This document shows positions 1 through 12,536 of a stretch of 64,000 nucleotides of DNA, piece after piece. The first letter of the stretch is position 1; each line of letters starts with the position of its first letter. The stretch is from positions 1,736,001 through 1,800,000 of the forward strand of contig JAYWIR010000036.1 of the NCBI GenBank assembly GCA_036172245.1, given 5' to 3'. Below the pieces are notes generated by a model that saw nothing but the letters and a program-made list of their open reading frames with translations, did no database searches and was not told where the DNA came from. Origin of the DNA: Raillietiella orientalis (lineage: Eukaryota). The translations under genes and the position numbers were made by a program.

Positions 1-3000
1 TTTTATGCACCTCTGATTAAAAAGTCCACGTTAAACATGGATCTGGTGAAGTCCGTTACCTATATCAAATGCTTTCACGGAACCTTTAAGAACGTCTATA
101 GTCAAGGCTGCAACGATATCTGCTTGACGAGATATAGCCTTAGCTCTTACTACTGCTTCAGCTCCAAAGGCTGTTATCAGCTGCGTACCATTTATCAGCG
201 CCAGCCCTTCTTTGGGTTTCAGTTTCAGGGGTTTTAGGTTGTTGGCTTGTAAAACCTGGGAATAACAATTCTTGTCATGTGGACATCGGTATGCCTCTAC
301 GGCTGTCGAGAGAGGTGTGAAGGAACAAGCGGGCAACTTGGGAGATTTGATGACCTCAGTGGTGTGTACCTTGGCTGTTTACGCTTGTGCCCCACGAGTA
401 AACAAGCACACCGCTGCAGCAATCTGACCTCGCAATTTACTCGCCGTGTTTCGCAGTGAGCGCGGGTCAGCGCGTGCTGGACGTCACAAGGTCCCTCCGG
501 GATTCGGTTTCGCAAATGGAGCTTCGGACGGTCGGGACAAACGGACGACGTGGGGCGAGTAGGGAACTTTGGAAGCCCCCTTTCTCTAGGCGCGCAGCTG
601 ATGCTTGAAAAAAATTTCCGAAGTGGATTCTGCTAACCGCAGTTAATGTTATGCCATTTGACCTTGTTTTTTTTTTTTTTTTTTATGGCACTTCAAGAAA
701 CTGCGGAGAAGCCGAACAAAACTGATGGATGAGAAGATGAAAACCGAAGGCGGAAACGAGCCGTCTCCATGTGCGACGGAACACGGCGCACGAGATTCCA
801 TCATTTGAATGATCCCAGAAAGCGGGAAAATCGACTGGTTTCCGCCGGGGGCGTGGGTGGAGCGCCAGCGCCATCATTTTCCTGGTGGATTTTGTTATTT
901 ATTTTTTTGGAGGGAAGCGAAGTGCCTGCACGCTGCGCGTCTCTGCGCACTGCTCGGGAAAGGGAGAGGGTGCGAACAGGACTGCGCGCCTCGGGAAACT
1001 CACGGAATGGGCTTGCCCCCAGCCGGTTCCGGGGCTCCACAGTCGTCCTTCGCCGAGAAGGCCCAAGGCCAGGTGCGCCAAGGGTGCGAGATCTCCGCTG
1101 GCGCCGACAGTACCCTTTTCCGGAATCCAAGAGAGGCAGTTGGCTGCAAAGGCATGCTCCGGTTTGAGAGGAAGGAAGGATGAAGGGGAAAGGCAGGAAG
1201 AGGCGAACATAGATGGGGAAACGAGTGGATGAAAACTTCCACTCACCGTTGAAGGCGTCCACCAAGCACTCCAAAGTTTCCAGCGACATCCCGCTGTATC
1301 CTTTCGCCAGGACGTTAATCCGCAGCGCCAGCAGCATGCGCACCATGTCGATAGGCAAGGGGCTGCCCACTCCCGCGGCATGGGACCGGATGAGGTTTTC
1401 CTGGAGCTCCCTGTTGAGACACCGGTAGAGGGAGTTGCCCGGGAGCGAAAAAGGGAGGCCAAGAGTGCGTGAGAAGCCGGGGGGGGGGGGGGACAACAAA
1501 AAAGGCGGGAACGGCCTGTCCGGGACAGCGGTCTCCGCCGCCATCTCCCGAACGGGTCGCAGTCCTTTGGAAGCCTCGATGGAGTCCAGATATTTCCCCC
1601 TCTCTCTTCCTTTCCCGTGGGTGGAAGGAGAAGGGAGACGAAGAGCATACCTCCCCCCATTCTTCTCTCTGCCCCGCGCGCGTGCAAGTGTACGTCTTGG
1701 AGGATGGAAAGAAGCAGAGGGATCTCCGGCATGCTGGACCAGAGGCGGTAGGACGGACGCCCCGATTCAAACGTGGGAGGGAGGAGGGGGGATTAGGACA
1801 TTTCCCCAGATCCAGGAGGGTAGCCGAGCTCCCGTGTGGCAGTCTGGCACCCCCATAGGGGTCTCCTGGCAGGCAGCGCCCTCTATCCTCCCTGGTCGCC
1901 TCAGAGTCGGCGTTGCCAGTCGCAGCCACTACCACCGCCCTCGGCTCGCTTTTGGGACGGGGAGCTCGAGAAAGCAAGAAAGATCGCCGCCCAGCCCCTC
2001 GGAGGCGGGGAGGTTTCCCAGAGGGAAGGCGACCTCCAGGAGAAGGCGAGAGGAGCGCTGACGGGAGAGAAGGACAACTCACCCCAGCTTGTCATCGTCG
2101 ATGATGGTCCTGGCGAACTTCCCGAACCCGGTGTTGACTCCGTAGGTCACTGCAAGAGGTGGTGCTAGGATGCTGGCGTAGCGCAAATGCCCAACCCCTT
2201 CCCTTCCCTGTGCGCCCTTGCCCGCACCCTGCGCGACGGCGGCTCCGCTTTCCTGGAGCAGGGCGCCGCCTGCCGAGCAGCGGCAGAGGGAGCGACTCTT
2301 GCGCAGCGTCTTCGGCGAGTGAGGTGGCCTTCCGCGAAGGAGGGTGGGGGAGCGTGGGTGGCCCTCCGCGAACCCACTGTCTACTCCGGCCAGCGGGCGC
2401 GCCCGGCGCTCGCTTCTGCTAACGCGAATTTCGTCAGCCACATTCGCTGCGTGCACCACGTAACACAAATGCGAGAAGCCAACCGTCGTTTCGTCAAACA
2501 CCTGCACTCAGTTCCTCCTCCCTGATAACAAAATCGTTGAAAGAGCGTCTTGGGACGCGTTTTCCTTTCCACACGTCATGAATGAATAGCACATCAGTAA
2601 ACGCGCAATACTTTTAAATGACGATGGGTCAGCGCGGGTCGATGGGGGAGCTGCGACGAAATCACCGGGAATCGATTAGAAAGTGGTCCGAGTTTGTGGA
2701 TACCCTAAAAGAGCGCGCGGATTTATTTATTCACCTTTTTTCAAGTGCGACGGAAGCGCGGAGTGCTCCGCCGTCTGCGGCAGTTATGCGTGCGTGCGCG
2801 GGTTGCCTACCTTTCCCGTCTTGCATCAGTCCATCGATGATCGCTCTTCCGGCCTTTACGCGCACCCGTGCCGCCTCGGTGAGCTGAAAGAGAGACACGG
2901 CATCGCCATCGCCATCTTCACGAAGGGCTGTCATCGTCATCGTCGTCGTTGTCGTCCTTGTTGTCATCGCTCGACGGTCACTGCCGGGCCGTCGTGTGCA

Positions 3001-6000
3001 GCCGGCATGGTCACGGGGAACGGATCGCGGCAGTCTGCCCCATGTGGTTGAAATGGCCGTCCAGCGCGGCCATCCCCGCGTGCGCCCGGACTTCCCCAGC
3101 CCCGGGGCGACTGTCGAACCCCGCAGCGGCAGCTGCAGGTCCCTCACCCTCCCCGTTTCCCCTGCCCGCGGAACTCCCGCGAGATGGCGACGAGTAGCCA
3201 TGCTCGGAGGTGCGGAGGGACAAGGGGGCGGTGGGGGGAAGGCGCGGGCAAAGCCTGGAACCCTCGTCACGCTCTTCGGCGTTACGGTAGGAGACGCCCC
3301 GTGTCGTCCGTGGTCTCGTCCGTCCCGTGTATGGTGCTGGGATGGGATCAGGGGTCGTCCGCTTACCTTGATTTTGGTCCCGCTGCTCTTGAGGTTGTGC
3401 AGGGCCTCTGCCGTGAGGGAGTCGCCGTCCACCTCGAGCCACTGAAGAGGAAAAAGGGGGGAGGAGCGAGCAAGGGGGCAGAGCCGGGGTGGGTGGGGTG
3501 CGTAGGCGCGGGCGGGAGGCGTGGCGGCTTGGCCCGCTCCCTTTCCCCCCATCTGGGCTTGCCTCACCCGAGGGGCCGGCCCTTATGCCTCTCCGGCGTC
3601 CTCTAGGTGACAGAGGGCGGCTGGTTGGCCCAAGGTGGAGAAGGAGTCTGCAGCAGGCGAGACATCAGGGTGGGGCAACGCCCTTTGACTCTTTCCTGTA
3701 GTGTGGGAGGGCGCCGCCGGTGTCGCAGGACATGCTCGGACGGTCCCATCGGGAAGACGCGGAGGTCAGCGTGGTAGGAGTCCAAGGCTGCGCCTGCGGG
3801 CCTTCAGGGCGCGCGCGAGGGACAGTTCCCTGTTGCACCCGGGGCACCGCCCTCGCGATGCGCTTCCTGCGGCCCTGCCGTGTGCTGAGAGCGCCGGCCC
3901 CAACCCGAGGGTGAGCGAAGTCCCGACGCTCCGCGATTCCTTAGAGACCGCCTGACGCAAGGTGGAGACGGGATACTCACCTCCTCGGCGCCCTTCAAAA
4001 GGGGAGGAGCCGCCGCCCGCCTGCGGAAACCTTCGTTAAGGGAAAAGGGGGAGAAGAAGAGGATGGTCGCCCCCCTCGACGTCCACCGGGCGAGGAGGCG
4101 TCCGCCAGCAGTCGCCTGGAAGACGACGACCCCGCCGGTCGTTGGGTCGGGCTCGAGGCCGACTCTGGGGCACCGAGTCCGCAGACTCGAACGGGAGCCT
4201 CCTTCGCCTCCCCGGTTCCCCATTACCCGTTCCACCCGCCCTGCCTCGGCTGCAAGGCCCCCCTCGCTCCTAGGATACGGGCAGCAGCCGGCGTGCGAGG
4301 GAGCGGTGGCCGCAGGCAGGAAAAGGATACTTTTCCTGGAGTGGACCGAGGCGGTGCGTCCCGTCTGCTCCTTCCTCTGCGTCTGGAAAGCGGGCAAACC
4401 GGCTCTTCAGCTTGGGGAGGGACGTGGGAAAGAGTGCGCGAAGGATAGGCAGCGCCGCAGATTGGGCAAAGCGGACCACTTCCAGGGGGAAGCGCAAAGC
4501 CTGGCAGCCCTGCCTTCCGCTTCTCTCCCTTCCTCCTCCTCCTCTCTTCTTCCTCCTCCCGTCTTCCTCTTCTCTTCCTCTTCCTCATCGCCCTCTACCT
4601 TGGGTGTGCAGAAGAGAGGGGAAATGATCCTCCGCCCCCGTTCCTGCTCGGCGCGCAGCAAGAGGCCGGAAGCGCATCGCAGGGGAGTAGGGAAGCGAAG
4701 CGCGGTTCCCGAAGCATCTGGGAGACGTCTCCGGGTTTCTGTGCTGCACCAGGGAGCGGAAGAGGAACATGGAGGGGTGGGAAGGAGAGGAGAATCCCGC
4801 CACTCGGACTGGAAGTATGGGGAGCGGAGACGGCAAGCTCCGCCGGATGGACCCTGGGCTCTTCTCTCTCCTCTGCGCATGCGTCCTTGGCACGGGAGGG
4901 AGCGCGGGTTCCGGTCAACCGCAGTCGAAGCGGAGCTCTCGGAGAGGGGACGAGGCGCCGCCACCACACTGCAGGGTGTGCACCGACGTCTTCTGAGCCC
5001 GCTGCGTCCTGGCAGCGGCCCTTCGATCTGTGACTACGCGGAAGGCCTCCCCCCACCCCACCTCTCCGCAGGGGATGCAGCTCAGCCGGCGAGGTCGATC
5101 TTCCTCCTGCGTCGTCTTCCGCCTCCCAAAAAAAGGTCTGCGGGGCGCAGATCCGCGTCCGCCCTTCCCGAAGTCCGCTACCGTGGGAGGGAGGGAGGGA
5201 GGGAAGAGGAGGAGAAGGGCGGAGGCAGGGATGCGGTTCCCTCCCCAGGAAGGCTTGCCTTCCGCGCGCCTTCCTCCGGAAGAAGGGGAGCTCTGGAAAG
5301 GGAGGTACCTACTTACCCTGGGGCGTCGCCTCGCCTCCCTCGTGCAGGTGCAGTACAAGGTCTTCGTGATCCGGGGAAGGAGGACCCGGGAGTCGTCGCT
5401 GCTCGATCACTCCGTCCGCAGCAGCGCTGGATCCGGGCGGCGTGGACGACGTGTGCGCCTCGTAGAGACGCAATGCCTCGCTCTTCAGCCACCCCAAGGT
5501 CGCCGTTTCTGCAGAGAAAGTGCGATATTTGGGCGGTTGCGAATTCTCCACCACTCGGCCACCACGGAGAGACCGTCGCGAGGGAGATAAGACGGCGATA
5601 ATCTCTCACCGGGTGAACGAGATTGCGAGGGAGATTGAAGACAGCACCGAGCCGCGGACATCTGTGGGGGACCTGTCCCTGAGGGGAAAGGGAGGGGGGG
5701 AGGAAGAAAGTGCAAGCGAAGGGACGCCGCCCCTTGCCGAGGAAAGCCAACCGGGCTCCGCCCGAGGAAGGAAGTCTCGGTGACCCTCTAGCGAGACGGG
5801 AGCCTGGGCTCCCCTTCTCTCTCCTAGAGGGAGAACCGGGGCGGGCAGGCGTCCCTCCCCTCGCTCCTTTTTGCTTTCCAGAAAAGCGCGATGTCGGATC
5901 CCCTCCCTGTCCGGGGGAGGAGGGGCCTCCGTGGCTGCAGCGGCCAAATGTGCCTGGGAGCGGAGGCAGTGCGCGCTTCCGAGTGGAAGTAGGGGTCGTC

Positions 6001-6917
6001 CCCTGCGTGTCTCTCGGTACCCTGCCAGGGTTCGCTAGCGACTGCTGCCCGGACAGCTCTCTCGCTTTCTTCCTTGCATCTTCGGTTCTTTCTTTGTGAG
6101 TAGAGAAGCCACAGGTGGGGCAACTGCGGGCTGCTTCCAAGGACGAGAAGCAAGCAAGAAGTTAGCAAAAGCAGCAGCAGCAGTAGCGGCAACTCGAGCG
6201 TTGCCGATGCTCGAAACGAACACTCTTCGATTTGCTCCTGGCGAGCGGTGGCCCTCTGACCGCGCTCCTCGTTCTTCCGCAGAGCAGGATGCTCCCTGAA
6301 ACGGACGCCTTGCTTGTTCTTGCGATCCGAAGAGGAGCCGCTGAATGTGGACCATATGACTCAATCCCTCACCTCTCACCCCCTTCAAGAGTCGGAACGC
6401 GCGTCCAGGTGGATGGAGGCCCGGGTACGTGACGAGGAAGCTGCGGAACGGCACGGCGACGTACGTTTCTGCAGAGACTTCGGAATCACCGAGCCAACGG
6501 ACGAACACACGAAGTCGTGTCGCGCGCTAGCGAGCCTGTGTCCTCCTCGGCAACAGTCGGCCCTCGTCGGGGAGCCCGCGACGGCGTCTTCAAGGCAAAT
6601 AACGGGAAAACTCACGCTGCCACGGACACGGAAAGAAGAAGAAGGGTGGAAAATTGACCCCTGGAGCGTCATCAGCCAAGAGTTCCGGGTGTTGGTTACA
6701 AGAAACGCGCTACTACCGCCACCACTACCACCATTACACTTGATAGCCACGATTTTTAGAAAGATTGAAAAAGACTCCCAAGAACACTGCAAAAAAAAAA
6801 AAAATGAGGTGACTCGACAATGTCAATGCAAAGCGTAATTCACGAAAATGGCTGTACCTTACCATCTTCGCAGAACACGGGCACCCATTCCCCACGAACA
6901 TGTACGGAGACCTTCAT
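1..6917 (-). CDS. HAL: Histidine ammonia-lyase (histidase), 3'-partial. Exons 6917-6863, 5508-5317, 4382-4331 (less certain), 4020-3981 (less certain), 3441-3367, 2883-2811, 2149-2083, 1410-1247, 1143-1004, 255-60, 12-<1
   Basis: GT-AG exons join in frame. They give [34 protein letters not shown] (Par3/HAL N-terminal domain), [42 protein letters not shown], the MIO-forming [14 protein letters not shown] and [11 protein letters not shown]. Exons 3-4 encode a poorly conserved linker and were chosen by phase compatibility. Confidence 0.95.
4700..6060 (+). mobile_element. Possible highly eroded L1/Tx1-like LINE ORF2 relic in HAL introns, antisense to HAL
   Basis: Colinear but weak motif remnants: [12 protein letters not shown]...ARSI (~LPxLS..PI), [10 protein letters not shown] (~KSPGPDGLP), [15 protein letters not shown] (~NWRP..DYKI..NRL), [14 protein letters not shown] (~GVxQG). 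Judged by eye only. Confidence 0.3.
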
Positions 6918-7649
6918 TGCTCTGGTAGCCTGCACCTCGCGCTTACGAATCGGATCTGTAATGCAAAACGGGGTGCCTCCAGATATACAAACAGAAGATC
7001 CACGTGACCCATATGATAGAAATAATGTGCAGTGCACTTATCGCGGAAAAAGAGGCAGCCGAATGGAAACTCCATCTAAGCACAAATGAAGGAAAACCAC
7101 GAGGAAAAGTGTCCTTGAACCGAAGGAGGAAGACTTAAATGTCTGCTGCATCAGGGGAAAGGACCATCGGAAGAGCAGCAATTCCATTCTTTGGAAGACA
7201 CCATCTGACGTATGTGCGTGTGTGCTTTTTTATATGTATATGAAATGAATGATCAAGAAAAACGTCTCGTGGTAGTGATAAAAGGAATCTTCCGAAAAGC
7301 GCGAAGTGATAGGACCTTATAAGCGATGACTAATGTTTGTATTCGATAACTGTCAAGCCAATGCTGCGTTCTTGGACACAGTTCCGGATCTGTTGCAATC
7401 GTGACATTTCCCTCAGGAATACAACAACCAAGCTGCTCATCTTACGATTTGTTTGGGTTTGACGTTGAGCCATGATACTTCGGCGATTGGCCGCTCCATC
7501 AAGACCGGAGGAGTCGTCTAGTAACGCAAATTCTGTGAAGGCAAGCGTAGTCTGATTTAAACTTGGATGCCTGCTTGCCTGGAGGATACAGTAAATTTAC
7601 AGAGCAGAGGTTATCAAGGCAAGAAAAAACAGTGTTCGAATCTACTGAT

Positions 7650-9000
7650 TAGTCCCAGTGTGAACCTTACATTGAAGTGGCAAAACTTCCATCCTTCCTC
7701 TTCATTTCTTGCTTATAGAGACTCTCTCTGAATGAATGCCAAAAACAGTTTTTGATGAGATGAGAACTGTAATGACGTTTTCTGTGTTGTAATACATCAT
7801 TTCAGTTTCAATTTTTTATTATCATCAGGAGTTTTGAGAACAATCATGAATTGAATCCTCTTAAAAATCATCATTTCTCCTTTTGCATCCACGAGTATTC
7901 CTCGAAGGCATTCATTTAAGACAGCCTAATTTGGAATGCATATCGTTTAGTGGATATGCTTATTAAAGATAGAACAAATCAAATGGTTCTGAAACAAGGA
8001 AGTCTCACGCTGCACCATCCACAAAATAAAGCAAATACCTTACGTTACACTTCATTACACATTTATTTGTTTTTTACACTGAGAATACACATCATTCATT
8101 TGTTTCCTTGTGTCATATTTCGAACAAACCAATTATTTTTATCGGATTCGATTCAACTTATTATCATCTCATTATTTATTCATTAAGATCCTTCCTGAGT
8201 CCTAGTTTGATGTGTAAATCAGGTTCACTCCTCGGACTTGGACAAAGTGTAGTAGAATCCCGAAAGCTTTTTCTGGACTGTTGCTTAACCGGTTAGTCAG
8301 TTGAGGGTGAAAAGGAATCAGTAAACAAGTTAATAAACTGTCACCAACGTGTTCAAGTTCTCGAAAAATGGGGCTTTATGAAATCAAAAATTCTGTGGAG
8401 TTGGAAGTTAAAAGGAATTGCGTACGAGGATGTGTATTCAAAATAGATGACAAGCTGCTATCATTTTTGACACGGATAAAAAAACCACGTGATGCTTGTT
8501 AAAATTCCAGTCGAAGTCACACAAGTGTGAACATTCCATTATATGCAGCAATTACAATTTTTTTATGGCGCAGGCTCTACATCATGATGTAGAGAGATGG
8601 AGATGAAGACAGCAAGAGTGAAGGTCTTGCAAACCAGCTATACAGTCTCGATGAAACAAACTGAAACGATTTTTATGGAACTTACTGAAAGTCCCTTACA
8701 TCAATACGCAGCAACAACTTTTATCCTAATGGACTCATCCAACGAGAGATTGATTTTAGGAATGATCCTCTGAACTGAAATGCAAAGTCGAGTTGGTTTC
8801 TTGCATTGAGTTTGTCTGCGTACTCGTTTGTATTTCTGTTGGCAGAAGGTGTCTTTCTCTTTGGACTGAGCATAAAGATTTGTTATTGGCATCATGGATC
8901 ATGGATGTTTTTAATTGTTTGGAATATGTGAATTTGCGACTGCTCCTCATATAGTGGCTCATTCACTATATGGGGCCATCCACTTCAACATAAATTAAGC
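7650..9000 (-). mobile_element. Degenerate piggyBac-like transposase relic
   Basis: Ordered motifs across stops and frameshifts: IIPKINLSLDESI (first catalytic Asp, ~YxPxxxLSIDES), SSIKIVSVCFIETV (~YGIKIWxLCD), VGDSLLTC (~DNFFTS), ATVQKK (~GTVRKN). Terminal repeats were not identified and boundaries are approximate. Confidence 0.55.
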
Positions 9001-9707
9001 TCTGTCGCTCACTCAGAATCAAAGGAAAAAAAAAAACACAGATAAATTGTAAATATTTAACATCTAACCATTTTCGAAATTCAAGGTGAATGCTTTGGAT
9101 GTATCAGGTGCAGTTTAAAGAACCGAGATCGTTTAAATGCCTTAGAGACCATCTTAAAGGCTAAATATACCTTCACGCTCAAAAGTAAAAACAGTTAATT
9201 TTTAACATATTAATTCAATTTTTGAAATATTAATTTTCGTATCGATTGATTCTGAATTTCATCGTAACGCTTGTTAAATTAAAGCGATTCGTTCCCAGGA
9301 AAGAAAAAAAAGAAAGAGAAATTAGATGGTCAGATCATAGGAGTATGTATCCAATCTCATCAACTTACTCATCATTATTCTTATTATCCTAAAGGGAAAA
9401 TCGGCTATTCGGACAATTAATTTTCGAATCTGTAACTTGGGGGTTCATATACTTCAGATACGTACAAATTGATTTTAGTGTCGCAGTTTGTATCAATGTG
9501 ATGGATTGCTTTGTTTGTAGCGAATTTTCGTTTTATGAGAATTATCGTTAATTCAGATTGAATTATCCCCAATTAGGCATTTTTTAGGATGTTGTGATCA
9601 ATCTTTTTATTCGGTGAATTATTTTAAACATTTTATCGATTAATAAAAGCTGTTAATACTGCTGAAGGTTTTGTTTTTGTGTGTTGCGAAGCAAGCGAAC
9701 GCAAAAC

Positions 9708-10611
9708 ATGGATGAATATGAAACGATCCTTCTTGTAAAACCAGAGGCTTCGATATACAAAATTCCAGCAAAAACGAAAAATACTGGTTACAGGTAAAGC
9801 TGCATTTTTGTATTTTTGTATCATGTTAGTGTTTAGAGCAGCTGATTGGAATCTGGATAAACCTGATTGGATAGGCAGATTAAAGCTAGTGTCAAAAAAT
9901 AACTGTTTGTTAATCCGTTTGGAAGACAAATCAACAGCTCAGCTGTTTGCAGAATGCCCTGTGGACAACTACCCTGGTGTGGCTGTTGAGCAAGTTGTTG
10001 ATTCATCAAGATATTTTGTTATCAGGGTACAAGAGAAAGAAGGTGAACTATTAGAAGTGTGTGCCTGTACTTTTGTTGCACTCCACAACTGCATGAGTTG
10101 TGATGCATTTTAATTGCAGGAGGTCGAAGTGCATTCCTGGGAATAGGATTTTCTGATCGCTCAGACAGTTTTGATTTGAATGTTGCCCTCACAGATCATT
10201 TCAAACGGATCAGCAATAATCAGCAGATACAAAAAGAAAAACAAGAGAACAAGCCTGAATTAGATCTCAGATTTAAAGAAGGACAGACCATAAAAATCCA
10301 CATGAATTTTGGGGTGATAAGATTTGCTTATTTTTAACAAGTGAGGAGGAGGAAAATTTTTGCAGACAAATGCGAGTGAGCACAGATCACATCAGAGGGT
10401 TAACAAAGATACAACTTTTGTTTCTCCAAACACTGAAATCAAATTACCTCCACCACCAGGATTTAAGACTCAGAATCCTGTTGCACCATATGTGCAGCAT
10501 ACAAGTAGCAATGCGTTTGTTACAAACCAGGTGTCAAGGTATGTTGCTGCCTGAATGGCTTGTGTCATGTCTCCCCACAGCTCTGTGTCTTCCAACTGGG
10601 TTCAGTTCTAA
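9708..10611 (+). CDS. NECAP: Adaptin ear-binding coat-associated protein (NECAP1/2-like), about 229 aa. Exons 9708-9793, 9837-10042, 10120-10313, 10366-10538, 10581-10611
   Basis: [20 protein letters not shown]...[71 protein letters not shown], and C-terminal NWVQF* (WxxF AP-2 ear motif). The spliced length of 690 nt is divisible by 3. Confidence 0.96.
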
Positions 10612-10647
10612 TCTGGATGTCAGGTGCTTATAAAGGCTTATTTGATT

Positions 10648-12536
10648 TTATTCTTGTTTATCTTTGGGATCCTTGTAATGTAGATGAACACAACTTAACA
10701 TCAGCACTCCAATCATCATGCTAAATACACTGATATAATAAGGATAGGCACTGAAGATAAAGCGCTGATATTCTGTGTGTTTCAAGGGTCGCACCACTAC
10801 TAAAGTTGTAGTGTGTATCCTTGTGAAGCCCACCCGATTGTAATTCACTTTAAGCTGATAAATGCCATATACATCAGGCACTTTAAACTGTGCTTCATAG
10901 CGGAGGTCCTTCCTCTGCTTCAGTGAAGTACGAATAAATGGATCAATGCGTACAAATTCCAGCTGCACATCAGTGGCATTGAATGGCAACCATTTGCCTT
11001 TGTGCCTCTGTTCTAGTTCAATGACATATACCTGGGACACTGTTTAAGCTTAGGATCTCTAATGCTGCACTTACCATATCATCCATGACTGTATAATCTG
11101 CTGGAGGAGTCAATTCGCCCAACTTGTGATGTGTGATATTGCCTACACGTAAAACACCCTTTTCCTGAAACACCCATTCACTAATTTCTTCTGCCAACTT
11201 TTGATTTCCAGGTTGGTGGCCTTTCTGAAAAGAATAAGAGAATAGTCATCAGAACAAACATTCATCTTTCCTTCAGGATCTCACCTCCATTCTGTGCAAA
11301 GGCATAGTGAAGAAATCATTTGAGAAAAAGTCTAATGATCCTGAGAAAACCACTCTTGCATTGTTGCGAGCCTGAAGGGCAGCTATCAGAAGTAGATTCT
11401 TTCCTACTGCATGGGGATACTGTATGGACATTAAAAAAGGCATATATCAAAAAACTGCAGACCTGAGTTATGGCTTGCTCTGGATTGTAAGAATAGGAAG
11501 AGCTATTAGCATGCAGCACACTTAGGAGGAGTTCATTGTCTGGGTTAGATAGGATTCCTGTACCTTGGTACAGAAAAGGAGGCAACTTTTCTTCACCATG
11601 TATGATGGGGGCTTTGATCAAATTATCTGAACTCACTTCAATGAGAGTATGCTGAGAAACAAAATTTGAAGTAGTCTTAGGTATATTTACCCAGCCTTCA
11701 TCGTTAGCATGGTAACTCAGGTGGTCAATGACAGCTGCATTTTCTTCATCCATTTCCAACCCACACTCTGCTGCCAATTCACGCAGAACATCACCAGTAT
11801 GTCTACTTCCTGCTACAAGAAGATTACCTAACAAAAGACACTTGTAAGGCAAAGCCATGTAGCTTTTTAAATATGAGGCTTATGGAATGCAGATGGTTTC
11901 AAGGCTTACCTCCTGCATCAATAAATTCTACAATACTCTCCGTAGAGATGAAACCACCAAATTCTTCCACAGTAGGAGAGAATATGATCAAATTATCATA
12001 AAGGAAATCTCCAAACTGTGTTAACTGTAGACTAGAATCATCAGCATTTTTAAAGGTAAGTGAGTGACCTCGATCTACAGAGAATGCAAAATCAGGCATT
12101 CAAAACATGATTACACTTATGTTTCGTTTGACTTAATTCTTCAAGTACTGTAACAAAGCGAACACAAACGATGGTGTACTACTACTACGTGGCACAACTG
12201 AGTCGGGGTGCAACAAGGGTAAAATGCATTTTTATCGGGGTGAAAATCTTCATCTACATAAGTATGTACAATTAGCATGCAAACTGATGTTAAAAAGATT
12301 CATGCACAGTTCGGTTCCACGTATTTTTTTTACATTACCAGCGAACACCGGTTCGTTTTCCAATTTACTTAAAACACACAAAACTCATTTTACCAACCGG
12401 CCAATGATTTGAAGAATATGGAATGGGTTTCCCTCACATTAAGGTTATCTACCAAAACCAACGTGTTGAATCCCCATCTTTGGCCTAAACAGTGTACAAA
12501 ACAGAAACTTAAAACGAATAGTTCGGTCAGCCCCAT
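10648..12536 (-). CDS. DDOST: Oligosaccharyltransferase 48 kDa subunit (OST48/WBP1), about 432 aa. Exons 12536-12398, 12074-11910, 11827-11691, 11651-11463, 11419-11285, 11224-11075, 11031-10648
   Basis: Signal peptide, [67 protein letters not shown]-terminal TM and KDKQE di-lysine ER-retrieval tail. The spliced length is 1299 nt, in frame. Confidence 0.97.

Noticed and set aside
4063..5601. 512-aa + strand ORF as a nested gene
   Set aside because: Low-complexity R/P/G/S translation expected in very GC-rich DNA with few stops. It is better explained by chance plus possible LINE remnants.
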